Positions 38,500-51,395 of a stretch of DNA of 64,000 bases are shown piece by piece. The stretch is taken from assembly GCA_036172245.1 (NCBI GenBank), contig JAYWIR010000041.1, forward strand, positions 1,798,001-1,862,000, written 5' to 3'. The translations under genes and the position numbers were made by a program. Each line of letters begins with the position of its first letter. Position 1 is the stretch's first letter. The stretch comes from Raillietiella orientalis (Eukaryota). The notes under the pieces are model-generated. The model made no database searches and had not been told where the DNA came from. It saw nothing but the letters and a program-made list of their open reading frames with translations.

Positions 38500-40100
38500 G
38501 CTCTCATAGACAGGTAATATTCGATTCTAATTCAGTCAACCTCTAATCTGCAAAAAGTCCTCATGCTTGTTCGATTTCGGAACATCAATCTATCGATTTT
38601 CACCGACTCTCTCAATCCAGTTACTCTGTTTCTGCCTTCTTCATAGATAAAGAGCTCCCATAGCAGCGTCTTATTCACCGTTCTTAGTCTTTTTCCACGA
38701 TCCCAACATTGCTGATTCCCGAATCACTCTGAAGAATGTCCAAGAATTCGGAAGGGAACTGAAACAGAGTCAAGTGAATCATATTTAATCACATCTATTA
38801 TTTTATGCATCAAATGCCATACACAGTGTTTGAGAGGAGCTCCTCTCTCTCAGGAAGACGTCAGATGACAACAAAGACTCCGTGGCGGGAGGTCCTTTGG
38901 TTGCTGGCCAGGATCTCTCTTCCGTCCCTTCCACATGGTCCATTAAGGATACTGTGCATTCTGATGTGGAGTTGAATATGCTTCTTAATGATTTAAGATG
39001 TGTGGTTTTGTTTTGTTCCACGTCAGACACTGCGGACAAGACCGATCCTCCATCTTTTTTCCGAGCTACTCCTGGATAGACAGGAGTTTGAAGTGCACAT
39101 ATTTAGAGTGTAATTCCAAGGAAGGGTAGATTTCTAAGAATTCAAGAGAATCGTGTTCTTCCTTTCTGCCCACTGGACTTGGTAGATAAGGGCCAAGAAC
39201 TTTGGTTTCATTTTACCCAAAAGACTTATGAGGTGCATCGACGATATGACAGCAAAGTGATGCTTGTGCTCAATCAAGACAGTCGAAGCAAAATTTGCAG
39301 AAACCTCTCTTGCAAGATTATTTCACAGGGTTTACTTTTTCATGTTTACTTATTTCGACCTTTTTTTTTAGCTGTGCGGGCTAAGAAGAAAAGCGAGTGG
39401 ACCCATTTTTCTCCTTAGCATCTCATTGGTGCCGCCAGAAGCTTTTCTTCTTGCGGGAAGATTGTCGCCAGAAAGTTGCGTTCGATGGCATTCGATGAGT
39501 CCATCGAATCCATCAAACACTCGTTCCAGGTGCCTGCAAGATTGCCAAGTTTGTTATTTTGAAAAGAGCTCAACCTCCACTTGTAAGGTAGGAACTTTAC
39601 TTCCGAGTGGGTGCACCGAGAAAGGTTTTCCATACCGAGAGTTCAGCACAAACAGGTTCTCAAGGACTAAAACGAAAGAGAATCAGCATAAAAACTGCAA
39701 GAGCTCAACAGAAGTGACTCTAAGTGCATAAAGTTGCAAATCTTCTGGCGTTAAACCGCAAACTCCAAGTGTGCAGTCGAATAGGAACAATCACACCGGC
39801 CAAAAGATGAAATGAGTTTCGAAGTTCAAAGAGCCAAAATCAGTGATAGCACTCCTGCGAATCACGGAAACCAACATACCTCCAGCATTCAGCAACCCTA
39901 CAGATACGTATTCAGACATGCTTTCAGATGAGAGTTTTGTTTTTCATCCTGCAGCTGTCTTCGGTCACCATCTTCGATGGCTACCCAAGTGCAGAGAGGA
40001 ATTGCTCTTGTGGAGTCACAGTCGAAAATATGACATGACCCCGAGGGAATGGGAAAACAAGCTGAAAACCTGTATCAATATGACTGCATTGTGTTCCATT
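38500..40100 (-). pseudogene. Degraded phenuivirus-like L polymerase EVE
   Basis: Ordered motifs: LQLYALRVTS...FSFVLV; WRLSSFQNNKLGNLAGTWNECLMDS (ORF 39415-39633; cf. phenuivirus FVSFKLSKLTNLCK..SLMES); LAREVSANFASTVLIEHKHH (cf. LSLLTLLEDKA); LMHKIIDV. Boundaries approximate; by-eye. Confidence 0.55.
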
Positions 40101-41039
40101 TCACCTCTTCCTGCGTGTCTACGAACTTGTGTTTGGAATTCATGGTGCAGTTCGTGCCAATGAGGCTTTAAAGGAATTGGGAGAGAAAGCTGGTCTCAGT
40201 TTGTCCGCTTTGGAAGCTGACCCCTGAGAAACGGAAGACACTGCAAAGGTGGTCGAGCGTTTCATGTTGCTCAAATAGTGGGTTATGAAGATGGGAGAGT
40301 GTGACTGCGCGATTGGGGAGTAGCAAAAATCTTCAAAAGAAACGTCGATGAGGGAATGCCGTGACGTTAGTGAAGAGCTGAACGCCTGTGGTGATAGTTC
40401 CGGTCACCAGTGGGTCTCCAGAGACTCGGGAAGCTGCGTTTTGATCAACGCTTCCTGAAGCTGCCAGTGCCATTGGTGGCGGTGATTCCAAGAGATTTTC
40501 TCGAAAGTGGAAAGTTCAAAGAAGCCTTTCAATGCTCAGGAAACTGGTAACAGCTCGGTCTTTGAAGATTCCAGAATCGGAGATCCAGCGGTCATTTGCC
40601 GTGTTAATGGAGGTACTGGATAAGTAGTATCTGCATTATTGCGGGAACGAGGGAAAGGGTAAAAGGAACCGGTGCATCTTCCTCATCCAGGCACAGAGGA
40701 GACTCGTAGTCCCATCTAGAGCTCTCTTCTGAATGCAATTTTTGTAATTCTGGTGGTGGTTTTGATTGAGTAACGAAAGACTTTCGCGATATGAAAATGT
40801 GACGTCTGCAGTCTACAGAGCGACGCGATCTGCAGATGTGATGAGATCCGAGCGAAAGATTTTCGTCCGGTCACGTCGGGATCTTCAATTGAAAATAAAT
40901 AAACAGGCAAGTTGGCAAAAGAGCAGTTCCCGAAAGCTAAAGCACACAAAAAAGAAGTTCAGGGAGAGGGTCCACCAACACGCAGGTCATTTTCTGGGGC
41001 AGTGCGAAACGGAAGGAAACGAGACAATAAATAAATAAA

Positions 41040-42010
41040 TGGAGGGAGCGCTCACAGCACCCGGGGTTCCCAGGTGGTCGCCCAACCAAGTACTTAGCAG
41101 GGATACGAGCCTTTGGTATGAGGCGCTCTTTCTGGCTCAGTGACAGTGCAGAATTGTGTCGGCGGTCTCTGACTTGTCTTGTTCCAGATGAGTTCACCTC
41201 GCAGCCGGTCTCATATGAATGCCGGCCTTGCAGGTGATCTTCCTTTGCTGCTCCCGAGACTCCAGCACATGGCAGGCTGTGATGGTGGCACGGATGCAAC
41301 ATCTCGTCGCAATCATGGTGTCTGTCGGGAGTCCTCCTAGCGTGAAGAGTCTCCACGGTAAGTCCTTGGCAGCTTCCTAGGTGTGGAAGAGCTCCGAAGC
41401 GACTATCCGTCAGAAGTCCTCGAGTACATTGCAGTCCAACAACAAATGCGGGAACGGTTCAAGCTCTCCGCACCTTATACAGCTTGGTGACGTAACTATC
41501 CGGGAAACCAGGTTCCTACGCTGCTTGCAATGGAACCCCAGTGCAGAAACAGCAGGACATCTTGTTTCCACATCAAGGGGAGCACAGGTGTGTCCACACA
41601 CTAAAGAGGGACCACAAGTTCGTCAGGGAGCACAGTGAGGGGGTCGCATCACCGAAGCAGTCCCTTTGCTCGATAACGAGGATTGGCGGTGTTCAGCAGC
41701 TCATGCGCCATCCAGCCGCACAGAAGTTTGATGCAGAACCCTGCCGGTTAACAACTGTCGTTACTTGTCCTTCGGCCAGATAGCGCTGCGGAAGGGGAGT
41801 GCCGGCCAGGCGGGATCATTTTATCGGGTCCTGCAGAACAATTCCCAGGGGGAAGGCTGTAAAGAGAATGCGGAAGGGGGGGGGGGGACGAATTTGTTCC
41901 GGGCTGATTGCAAATGTGGAAGACCAAGTCACAAACGCCTCATGCCGCCAGGCATTGGAGCAATGATAAGTCCTTCGCTGCCGGCGCGCAACGCCGGAGG
42001 ATGAGACGCT
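41040..42010 (-). mobile_element. 5'-truncated L1/Tx1-type element, diverged subfamily, copy D
   Basis: Zinc finger CIRCGELEPFPHLLLDC and GFHCKQR (ORF 41410-41601), homologous to copies A and B but with a different 3' UTR. Confidence 0.8.
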
Positions 42011-43178
42011 CTGGAACACGGGTCCAAAGAAGGTGCTCTGGAACACGTTCAAAAGAAGGACCCTTGGCCGTGGCTTCAGGGATGAGTTCGGACTGCAGCA
42101 GAGTGGAAATCGACAGGACAAGTGCGTGTTTTGCGCTGCAGATAGCTGGTAGCCATAACCTCACTGAGAGCGATGCTACCGCTTTTGTTTCGTTGCCAAC
42201 CACCCAATGTAAGCATCGGTTTCACAACTTTCCGAATCTGTAACAGTTGCATGAAAAGCTGTTCTGCAAGAAATTTTAGAAGATGTTCAGCGCTTGACCA
42301 CTGAAGATTCTTGCATAGAAGAGTTTTCGAATCAACATCCACCATCCTGGTGTCATCTGCAGCTTACATTTCTCGACTGGTTTAAATTGAAGCTTTTGAT
42401 GATTGCCAAGCCCCACTGCTGTCAAAGTTTCAATAAGTTTGCAGTGATCGACGTACACTTTGTGTTCATTTTCACTGTGATTTTTTTGCTTCCGCGTTTC
42501 CAAAGAACGAACTCCAGTTAACTGACCGCTTGCTTTTCCACTCTTATGGTTTCCGTGCACTATGACATTTCAAGATCCTTTATCATGGAAGCATCGCAAA
42601 TTTTTTCGAGAAGGCACTAGGGAGGCCTGGATTTTTCTTTGGTAATGATTTCAACCATTTCAGAGTCATTCCAAAACGATTAACAGCACTGTTGATTCTT
42701 CTTCATCTGGTTCCGCTTGATTCTTACTACAGTGCAACATGCCCACAGAATTTTCGAGATTTCTCGTGGATCTGACCTCTCCAGAGCGTGGTTTCATTTG
42801 TGATTTCTTGACAGACAAGGAAATACTTATTGTACTCGCTCCTTCGGAACACCGGTCTGTTCTGATGTCTTCCCTTTCTCACACAAAGCCATCTCGAGTT
42901 CATAGCCAAATTCTTCGAGACTTCTATACTTCTATCATAGTACAGCTTTCTTCACCGAACACTGCTCAACACTTGCTGTTCTTGTTGAATCTTGGTTTTC
43001 TAGCCCAGCGGCTGAACGATTCCCATCAGCTTCCACAGGTAATTCACATAGAGAAATTAGGTTGTCACGAGGTAGGTTCTCTCCTATTCATTTCCTAATT
43101 GATAAGCGTAGACTGATTCTTTTAAAATGCCGTTTCGCCTGCACGCGAACACGAAACTGCGACTAATTATTTTCACAA

Positions 43179-43192
43179 ACGCTAGATGGCAC
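43179..43192 (+). promoter_or_regulatory. CTCF-like motif
   Basis: ACGCTAGATGGCAC resembles CCASYAGRKGGCRS; followed by tgcgactact. Confidence 0.35.
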
Positions 43193-45219
43193 TGCGACTA
43201 CTACGAAAACGAATAGCAGCAACTACCTGGGGCGAAAATTCGAGCCAGTACTTTTTTTGCCCTCCTTCTTTTAAATTAAGAAACATTATTTGTAAAGCCT
43301 TAAAGAAAAGGGTAGGCCTGAAAGAGAAGCATTTCTTCGCCCACAAGTTGGGGTAATCGCAGACACACCGAAACATAAACTTTCGAGGTCAGTTGACGTG
43401 GTCGAAGAATATGTTTCAAAACCAAAGACAGCGTGAAGGTTTAAAACCATCAGAAAATTTGAATTAAAAAAAAAAAAATAGCATTTACGTTGGATGGAAC
43501 GTACAACATAATAATATTTTTCAAGTGTCTTTATCAGCTTTCATCTTCTGAGACAATGACAGCAAAGTACAACGCAGTTGAAGTTGAAAGGAGAAGCGCC
43601 ATTCTCCTCGTTTCCTCCTCGAAGATGATAAAGTGGTTGACGTGGGGCAGATTTGTGGATATCAACGGCTCTTCTGGTTACCGGAAATAGGAAGCGCATC
43701 CAAGAATAAAGGAAACTTGAATATACGAGAGTGCAGTGCCACTGGAATTTCCGAGAAATCCCACCCTGTTCAAGGCATTCCCTTTTTTTTTATTTTATTT
43801 CATTTTTTGCCTTTTTTTTGTTTGCATTCTTGCAGCGTTTGCTGAATAGAGTGCTTTCGGCTGTCGATAAGTAGGAAATAATTTATTTCTCCATTTTTGT
43901 TCCAGGAAGTAGGAAATGATTTAGAGTTGGGAGATCTGTAGGCTCAGGTACAAATACGAGGAGTGGTTCATTGTTTCCTTTTTTTTATGACAAAGAAAAA
44001 ATGAGACGCAGCCGGGATGTTTGTATTTCTAAGGGAATTCGTGCTTCTGGGGCTCGAAGGTCAGGAAAGTAGGAGATACGCTAGGGAAGTGTCCAATGGA
44101 AGGATGTAGCTTCTACTGGATAAATGTTACTTGTCGTGTGAATCGCCATGTTCCCTCCGAAGATAAGATCGTTTTAGTAAAAGGGCAGGAAGAAGGACAT
44201 CGTGACGTTCCTCTCGTAGTGCAATTCCTGAAGAGTGAAGGTATGAACTGATATCTGCACTCTCGAAGAAGACTCTGAGTTTATTGTGCGATGCAGGTGC
44301 AACCCTTGCCGTGCATGGAAAGGGCAATACTGTTTCCAAAGAGGAGGACAGTGGCGCACTTTATCGCTTGTAGCTTTCTACGAGGTATAAAAGAAAGCCA
44401 AGGGCTCTCCAGATGGAACGCCAAAAGTCTAGGCTCTTGCAAATGGAAAACGTGTGTGTCTTCAGTGAGGCAAAAATGGAGGCCTTCCAACCTGACAAAA
44501 CTGCTCGTGCAATCTTACAGAACTGATTGCCTCGGTCCACTTCAACGGAAGGAGGAAGGAGAACTAATGATTTCTAACGGGAACGGAATTTCTGAAGTCA
44601 GACTATAAGGTTAAGACTTCCTTTCACTCTGGCGCTCTGTCTCATGCGAACGGAATTATTTACAACTTATTTTAAAGAAGACTGTGGAACCAGGAGTCAT
44701 CAGACTGTCATCGAAGTCTACTCCTACTTCTGTCATGTTCTTTTTCTTTCCTTCTTTAGAAACGGAAGTCGCTCACGATTACGATATTTGATATCCTTGA
44801 TCTCCTGTCCTTTGTCCATAGTCTTCTATCCAACAGGGGGGAAAATGCAGACAGCTCTCCTTACTGAAGTGGCACAGTCATTCCGTGGCAACTGCTGTCT
44901 GCGATCTCTACAGAGGAGAGAGGAAAAAGGTTTCACCCAGCCACCATCTGGCACTGCTAGCACTGCAACTGGTGCAAACCACAGTCGGTTGTTCCGACCA
45001 TCTCCTATTCCACTGAAAGGGTAGTGGCAAATGTTCTCCGGCATCTCGGTGTGCGAAGATGAAAGAGCGGGATCAAACCTCTATGGATTGGGAAATCTTA
45101 ACTCAAACCACTTTCTAATAATAATTATGAAATTCCTTGGCTACGAAGCAGCTGTCAAAAATCTAAAGACCCGCAGTAATTGCTGCGAGTAAACGTTGGT
45201 TTAATCCTTCCGCTAATGA

Positions 45220-46420
45220 AGCCATGAGAGGATCGAAGGAAAGCACTCTTTGTTCTTTAAATATTCAGCAACGAACTGAAAAAGGTTTCCTGAGAAGGCA
45301 GAGTTTTGAAGGACATTATCGAGAGTGCTTTTTTGGAAATCCTGGAATTGGTTGTAAATTATCCAGGAAAGCGCGAGCAGGAACTAAAAGCACAAGTATG
45401 ACATTCCGACCTCCGCAGAACTCTCGTTCGGACACGTTCCGCCGAGATATTTTTGGGATGCCAGCATCATCCACATGCAGCAAAGAAGCACGTTGATCCA
45501 CAGAGAGGATAAATCATTTCCTGACAAGCATTCATGGAAGACATTCCTGAGGGTATATTCGAAATCAGGAACGAATTTGTCAATTTCTCGTAGCTGAGCA
45601 TTCTGGTGGATGATGAACGCTCACAGCGAGAAATGATAAACGGCAAGTCACAAGTATTCGGCTCCTAGACACGCGACTTCATTCCCATTTCATCCCAGCG
45701 CCACAGCGAGAATTATTATCCTCCCGGTACGTGATCTCATCAGACATCTTTCATTCAATGGAGCTGGAGATATCAACGACAGTACTTCGAGACACTTGGT
45801 GTCTAGACCAGAATTGTGTTTGTCATGGGAGTTTGTTTGCCGTAAGCATTCGAGGGTGTCGATGAGGAATATATATCATGCCCCAAGTCAAACACGCAAA
45901 CCACACACAAGCGGCAGATCGGAGTTTGCCCAACAAAAAGATAATGCAGTGGTATGAAGACTCCTTGTAATAAACTTGGAAACATCAAGTGAGCTTCGCT
46001 GCATCACGTGGAACCTGTAAAGATGGACAGACTCAGTGATGGGAGCAAAGAAAAGTACCCACACGCATCGCTTATCAGTCCCCCGACGAACCGGCATTAT
46101 GTTCAGAAAAGGGGTCTCCCTTTAGTGTGGTTGGGATGAACGGTTCTCAGAAATGTTTCAGCATCCCGATTTCCTCCACGTCTTCCAGCCACACGAAACA
46201 CTCTCAGCTCCTTAGATTCCGGTAGGATTTCGGTCCTCACCGTTCTCTTCCAGAGTTTGATCTTGCCTGTGAACCAGTCTTGAGATACAACCAACACAAA
46301 AGCAGGACGGCCACAGAGGGACCAAACTCTTACCAATCAGAGGTAAGGAGACGTATTGACTGTAAAATGGATCGGTAAAATTCACGACGTGGTCCTCGTG
46401 GATCGCCTCAAACCTGAGCC
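45220..46420 (+). mobile_element. Heavily decayed Ty3/gypsy pol relic (RNase H-integrase); may extend upstream to ~44100
   Basis: Ordered remnants: INHFLTSI..H..G; DLIRHLSF.G...TSRHLVSR; LPLVWLG*TVLR; DVVLVDRLKP (cf. LP.VLLG.RT and VS.DRLKP of gypsy integrases). Confidence 0.5.
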
Positions 46421-47288
46421 TCTGTGAGATACACTCTCTCTTGAAACCGAAGCTTCAGCGGATGCGCCGAGTGTGCTTTCTGTGGTCCGGTTGTTGCTAA
46501 TCGAAGAGAAGATGCTCTTCTCACTTGACGGTTCATCAACTGCTCTGAACTGACTGACTGCTGACACAGAGCGCTTCCACACATAAGGTTTCACGCTGCT
46601 GTTCTAACCTCCTTGGCGTGTACTAATTACTGACGAAAATTCACGAGCCAGCGTTGCAGTAGCCCTTCTGATCGTCTTGGTCAAACTCACGGGATCTGCT
46701 GTGGATTTTTCCGAGATGTGATCTTACTTTCTGAGGGTTGACGCTTTCGCCACATCTATAGGATCCCTGAAGAGAAAAAAAAAAAAATGATCTGACCTGC
46801 CTTGCCTAATTGAAAGTAAACTTGACGCTTGCGCGCAGCGAATCCAAATAGGACTTTGCAATTCGTTATCCTCGCATCGCGAAATTATCGAAAATTAATT
46901 TCCCACAATGGATTATTTTTGTGTTTTTGAAAATCCCACAGATTCCCCTACTTTGAACTCGCTACGGCTGTCCATCTCACTCAAGCGACGTGTGCTCCAC
47001 AGGACGCCAGGAGAGATTCCTAAAGACGCAGCAGAGCAGTCGTCTCGATGGAGCAAATTGGATGAATGAGAAGAGGATGGATGCGAGATCATCCACGTGT
47101 GCTTGATGAGATGCACAAGAGTGCACAGAAAGGTGCACACGAATTCCGTTTTAGGTGATTTTTTTTTCTGTTTAAATGATGGGATCAATCGTGACTCTGG
47201 AATTGGTCTTGACAGAAATTGACAAAGTGAACCCTCATGGTACATTACATTCGGATGATTAAGATGGATGGATAGCTTCTAGTAGATT

Positions 47289-47302
47289 ACACTAGATGGC
47301 AT
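47289..47302 (+). promoter_or_regulatory. CTCF-like motif
   Basis: ACACTAGATGGCAT followed by gcgactact, as at 43179. Confidence 0.35.
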
Positions 47303-49029
47303 GCGACTACTGGTTTCATGATTAGCCGACTTGTAAAATAAGCAGTCAGCGGGGTCAGCGAGGAAAATTCGATAACCGGAATTAATCTAGGCGAATGCTT
47401 TGCATTTTGAAAGGAAAGATGAGACCAAGCATCCAGGAAGACGAAGAAGGTCGCTTCACAGCTAACATTTCTGATACGTTCGAAAGTACGCCGATGCTTG
47501 GAGTTTGCGCCATTCCGTCAAATCCTCATCTTACTAAGAGGACTGAGAGAAAACATCGACGAATTCCAATCGATGATTATGGAGCACAATTTCCAGGGCT
47601 TAGAAAGGAAGGACTTGATGTGCTTTGATGTTTGCCAAAGATGTGCTTGGCTTTGCAGCACCCTCTCACCTCACGAAGCGTTTCTTGCATACGCCCCGAC
47701 GGATCCTATGCCTATGCTACAAGAAAAGAAAGATCCAATATTCGTCTGCCTAAACATATGTATATGTGTAATGGTTCATTTCGTTTTTCTCCAATGGGTC
47801 TCTTCAATGAAATTATTTTTCCTGATTAGTCGGTTTATGTCTCAAGGGGGACTATCGTCAATCTTTATAGAACCATTCCAGAGTGAAGAATGAAAGGAAC
47901 CAAACCAAATTATTTGAAGGACTGCCCACACAAAATGAGCATCAACTCTGTTCCCCCCTTTCCCCCCCCCCCCCACACTCGCACACACAAATTTAGAGCA
48001 CAGAAATTTCGCAGCTTTCGCAGTTCTTGGTGAGAAATAACGATTAAGATGACAATTTTCAATTTGAAGTTTTCATAGGTGGAACGACGGCTGCAAAAAT
48101 CTAAAGGAAGGCGACATTAAAAGTTTGAACATTCCATACGCTATTCATGTTCTAAATTAGGTATTACTTCCAAGCGCACTGGAGGTCGTTGCAATCCTTC
48201 CTTGACGTCCTTCTCGATGAACTTGGCTTAATGTTTGGATTTTCTGATGCCGGTGCTGGGATGATATTCTCACGGACTCCCGTCTCCTCATGAAGGAAGC
48301 ACAGCAGGTTTTACGCATCCGAGGGAATCATCACAGGAGAAGCAGCTTTCGTCAGAAGCACGCGCTCATCCTGCGATTGGGACGTCATCTGAATTCTCCT
48401 TGCAAGGAGGCAAATGTCCGGTCATGTGGAGGGCAGGCGCATCCGCGTTGCTAGGTAAACGTCCAGAAACCGACAGCCTTTGACTCAAGAAAACAGCAGT
48501 GATTTTCCGGCTTGCTGAGCACTTCATTTACGGTCGGGAAAGTCTGGAAGCTTCATTTGGAAACAAAGACTCAGTGCCGTCTTAGAAGAGTATCCTGGGA
48601 TACACTCTTTTCCGCTCTGTCAAAGTGTCTGTACTTCCTCTCGCTTTGAAAGTGTTGCTGCGAATACATTGATGTCATATTCCTGTTCTGGTTGACAGTC
48701 CACTCTCACATACTCTTCGAGAACTTTGCTCGAAGTCTTCGGCTTTTACCGATGAAGTAAAGCATTGGGAAATTACCAAATCTGCCTGAGCAAAAGGGGG
48801 GGGCAATGATCTGCACGGTTTCAGGAATTATTCCTTAGGTTTTAGGATGAGCTAGGATGCCAGTTTTCTTTCTAAACGCGCTGTGAGTACCGAAAACCAC
48901 TTCTTGACCCTGAGGATTTTTTCCATGAGCTTGGGATCCATTCTCGGTCCTTGACGGAACACTTGAGTCTGACACAAGTTCTCACCAGCACTCTGAACTA
49001 GTCTGAGAAATTCTCGACAGAAGTGGACA

Positions 49030-49420
49030 GAAATGCCACTCGGGAATGCTCACTGAAAGGACTCGCGCGATTCCTGCGATCGGAAACCTCGCCAGCCGGA
49101 AAGTCCGAAAGGTGTTCCCGGAAACCCGGAGCCATTCCCAGCAAAGCCTCCTGCTTGTAGGCGGTGTCCCTCGTCCGGGACTTTCCGATCCCGAACGGAG
49201 CAGCAAGCGTTTCGGAGGATCCCACCTCAGCCACGGAACGCACAAACCTCCCTCGAGTGGATGGGCCACCTAAAGTGGCTGCGAAGGCGATCCGACATCG
49301 GCACGGTGGGAAGGATCGAGTCGATGCTCCTTTTTGCAGCTTGGCACAAGCGGAGAAACACGCACGGCGTGACGTGCCTGCTCCGCGCGGTTCTCTCTGC
49401 CGTCCCAGCTTCACGGATCC
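49030..49420 (+). mobile_element. Possible decayed non-LTR ORF2 C-terminal fragment
   Basis: GC-rich patch translating to PACRRCPSSGT...LLFAAWHKRRN (CxxC...W..RN pattern). Confidence 0.3.
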
Positions 49421-50302
49421 ATGCATTCAGAATAACGGCTGGGCGGAACTTCCCCCAGCCGGCACCAGGATGCAACTTTCACGAAAGGGATATCGGGGGA
49501 TGTGAAGCATTGTCGTTGGCTGGCAACGCGCCTCTGCAACAGGTGTCAATACATTCCATGCGCGGAGCATCTTGCAGGAACAGACGCAATCATGCTTCGG
49601 CTAAATCGTGAAGACTGCTCCCGCCTCTCGGAATCTTGTCACATTGTTTACATCCGGTCCTGCTCTGCGATGAGCGAGTAGGGAGCCAAAGGCCGGCGAA
49701 GGCAGTGGAACATTTTCGTGCTTTCTCGTAGAAGACGCTCGCTGGAAATAGAAACTGCCGCAGTGCGTGGAAAACGAAGTGCATGCTGCTGTGGGGACCG
49801 TTTCCACAATTCCGGTAAGATGCTGGCGGAGATTTCGCGTGATGGATCGCCCCGATGGTTCCGTAGGAATGGGGTGGGTGGGTGGGCACCTGGGGTAGCT
49901 GGCTACGAAAACGAGCGCGTTCCGGCAGAATTTTCCATCGGAAAGTGGAATCGGGTCATTTCCGCATGGCGAGCGAAAACCCCTAAAATCGGTTCCCTTT
50001 ATCTTGGCAGGGGTGAGCTGCATGCCAAAATCGTTGAAGCCCTTTGGACGTACATCACTGGCCTGCCACCTCTGTATGTTTCCGCCTGCGTGGCTCAAGT
50101 GGAAAATGGGGTGCGAAAAGAAAACGCGTTTCCCCTCTTCCCTTTCGCTGTTTCTTGAAATCCCAGCTTTTCATTGGAAATTTTCACTTCAAGTTCGCGT
50201 GTATCTTAAAGCTGAAGTTTGGGTTGGTTTCGCAGATAAGGAGATTCAAGAACAGATTGAAGAAGATGAGAAGCGATTGATCGACAAAAAAAAAAAAAAA
50301 AA

Positions 50303-50915
50303 TGCCTTTGGTCCATTTTGTACACCTTTTACTCGCCACCGATCTTCTCAACTTACGGCTTGCGGGAACTTGTTTTGCGAAAACGGCCTGTGAGTGGGCA
50401 GTGCCCCACGAATAATCATCGACGACACAAGTCGAATCTATCAGTGACCTCTGCTGATGACTTATTGGAATGATTTCCTCTGGGGGCTCGAGCACCGACG
50501 ATTCGAAAGGCACATTTATGTTTTCCTGCGAACAGGGAGGTTTGTTCCCTATGATTTTCCCATGTATTTGGTTTTTGCATCCTCATCAACACTTCCCACC
50601 CCACTTTCATTCATTATTCAAAAAAGTTCGCTTTTTACAAAATTTTTGCATCGGAAGGTTGCTATGGTGAATGCCGTCGTGCCGAGCGATTCGAACGGAT
50701 TTCTGCGACACGGATTCGGGCGTATCTTCTCCGATTCGTGTCTTTAACTCCAGTAAGTCATCAGCAGCGGTCACTGCTACATTCGAACTGTGCTGTCCAT
50801 GATTATTCGTGGGGCGCTCCCCACTCATGGGCCTATTTAGCAAAACAAGTTCCCGCAAGCCGTAAGTTGAGAAGATCGGTGGTGAGTAAAAGGCGTACAA
50901 AATGGACCAAAAGCA
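50303..50915. repeat. Long inverted repeat: 167-bp arms (50303-50469, 50749-50915), ~89% identical, 279-bp spacer
   Basis: Manual alignment gives ~19 substitutions and no indels; poly(A) tracts lie just outside both arms. Confidence 0.92.
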
Positions 50916-50942
50916 GATTTGTTTTTCCGTAATCCAAACCTG

Positions 50943-50973
<31 letters not shown>

Positions 50974-51395
50974 GAGTCCTGGAAACCCTACGATTCCCGA
51001 GGGAAACTTCCAATTTCACTCTACATAACTGCACAACTTGACAGCTTCTGCTTAATTGGCGTGGTCCGCACTGGGTGTGGCTGTGAAATCTGTGCAAACT
51101 TAAAGGATTTGGGAAGCGAAGGCACAGACTTCAGCTTTTTGTACCGAATGAAATGATTGCATCGAAGAGCAAGCTGTTGAAATGTACAGACTTTAGTCAT
51201 GTCGCTGTGTTGCTCCCGCTGGTAAACGTACGTAGAAAGAAAAACCTTCCTAATGACGCAGATGTGTTGTCTGGCATCGTGACGAGAAAGCATTCTCCAC
51301 GACAGATTTAGAAAAAAAAAAAAAAAAAAAACCAACGCCTTACGAACTGCCGTTAAAGTTAAGCCGCGACGAGAAAGAAACGCGACATTCGATTT

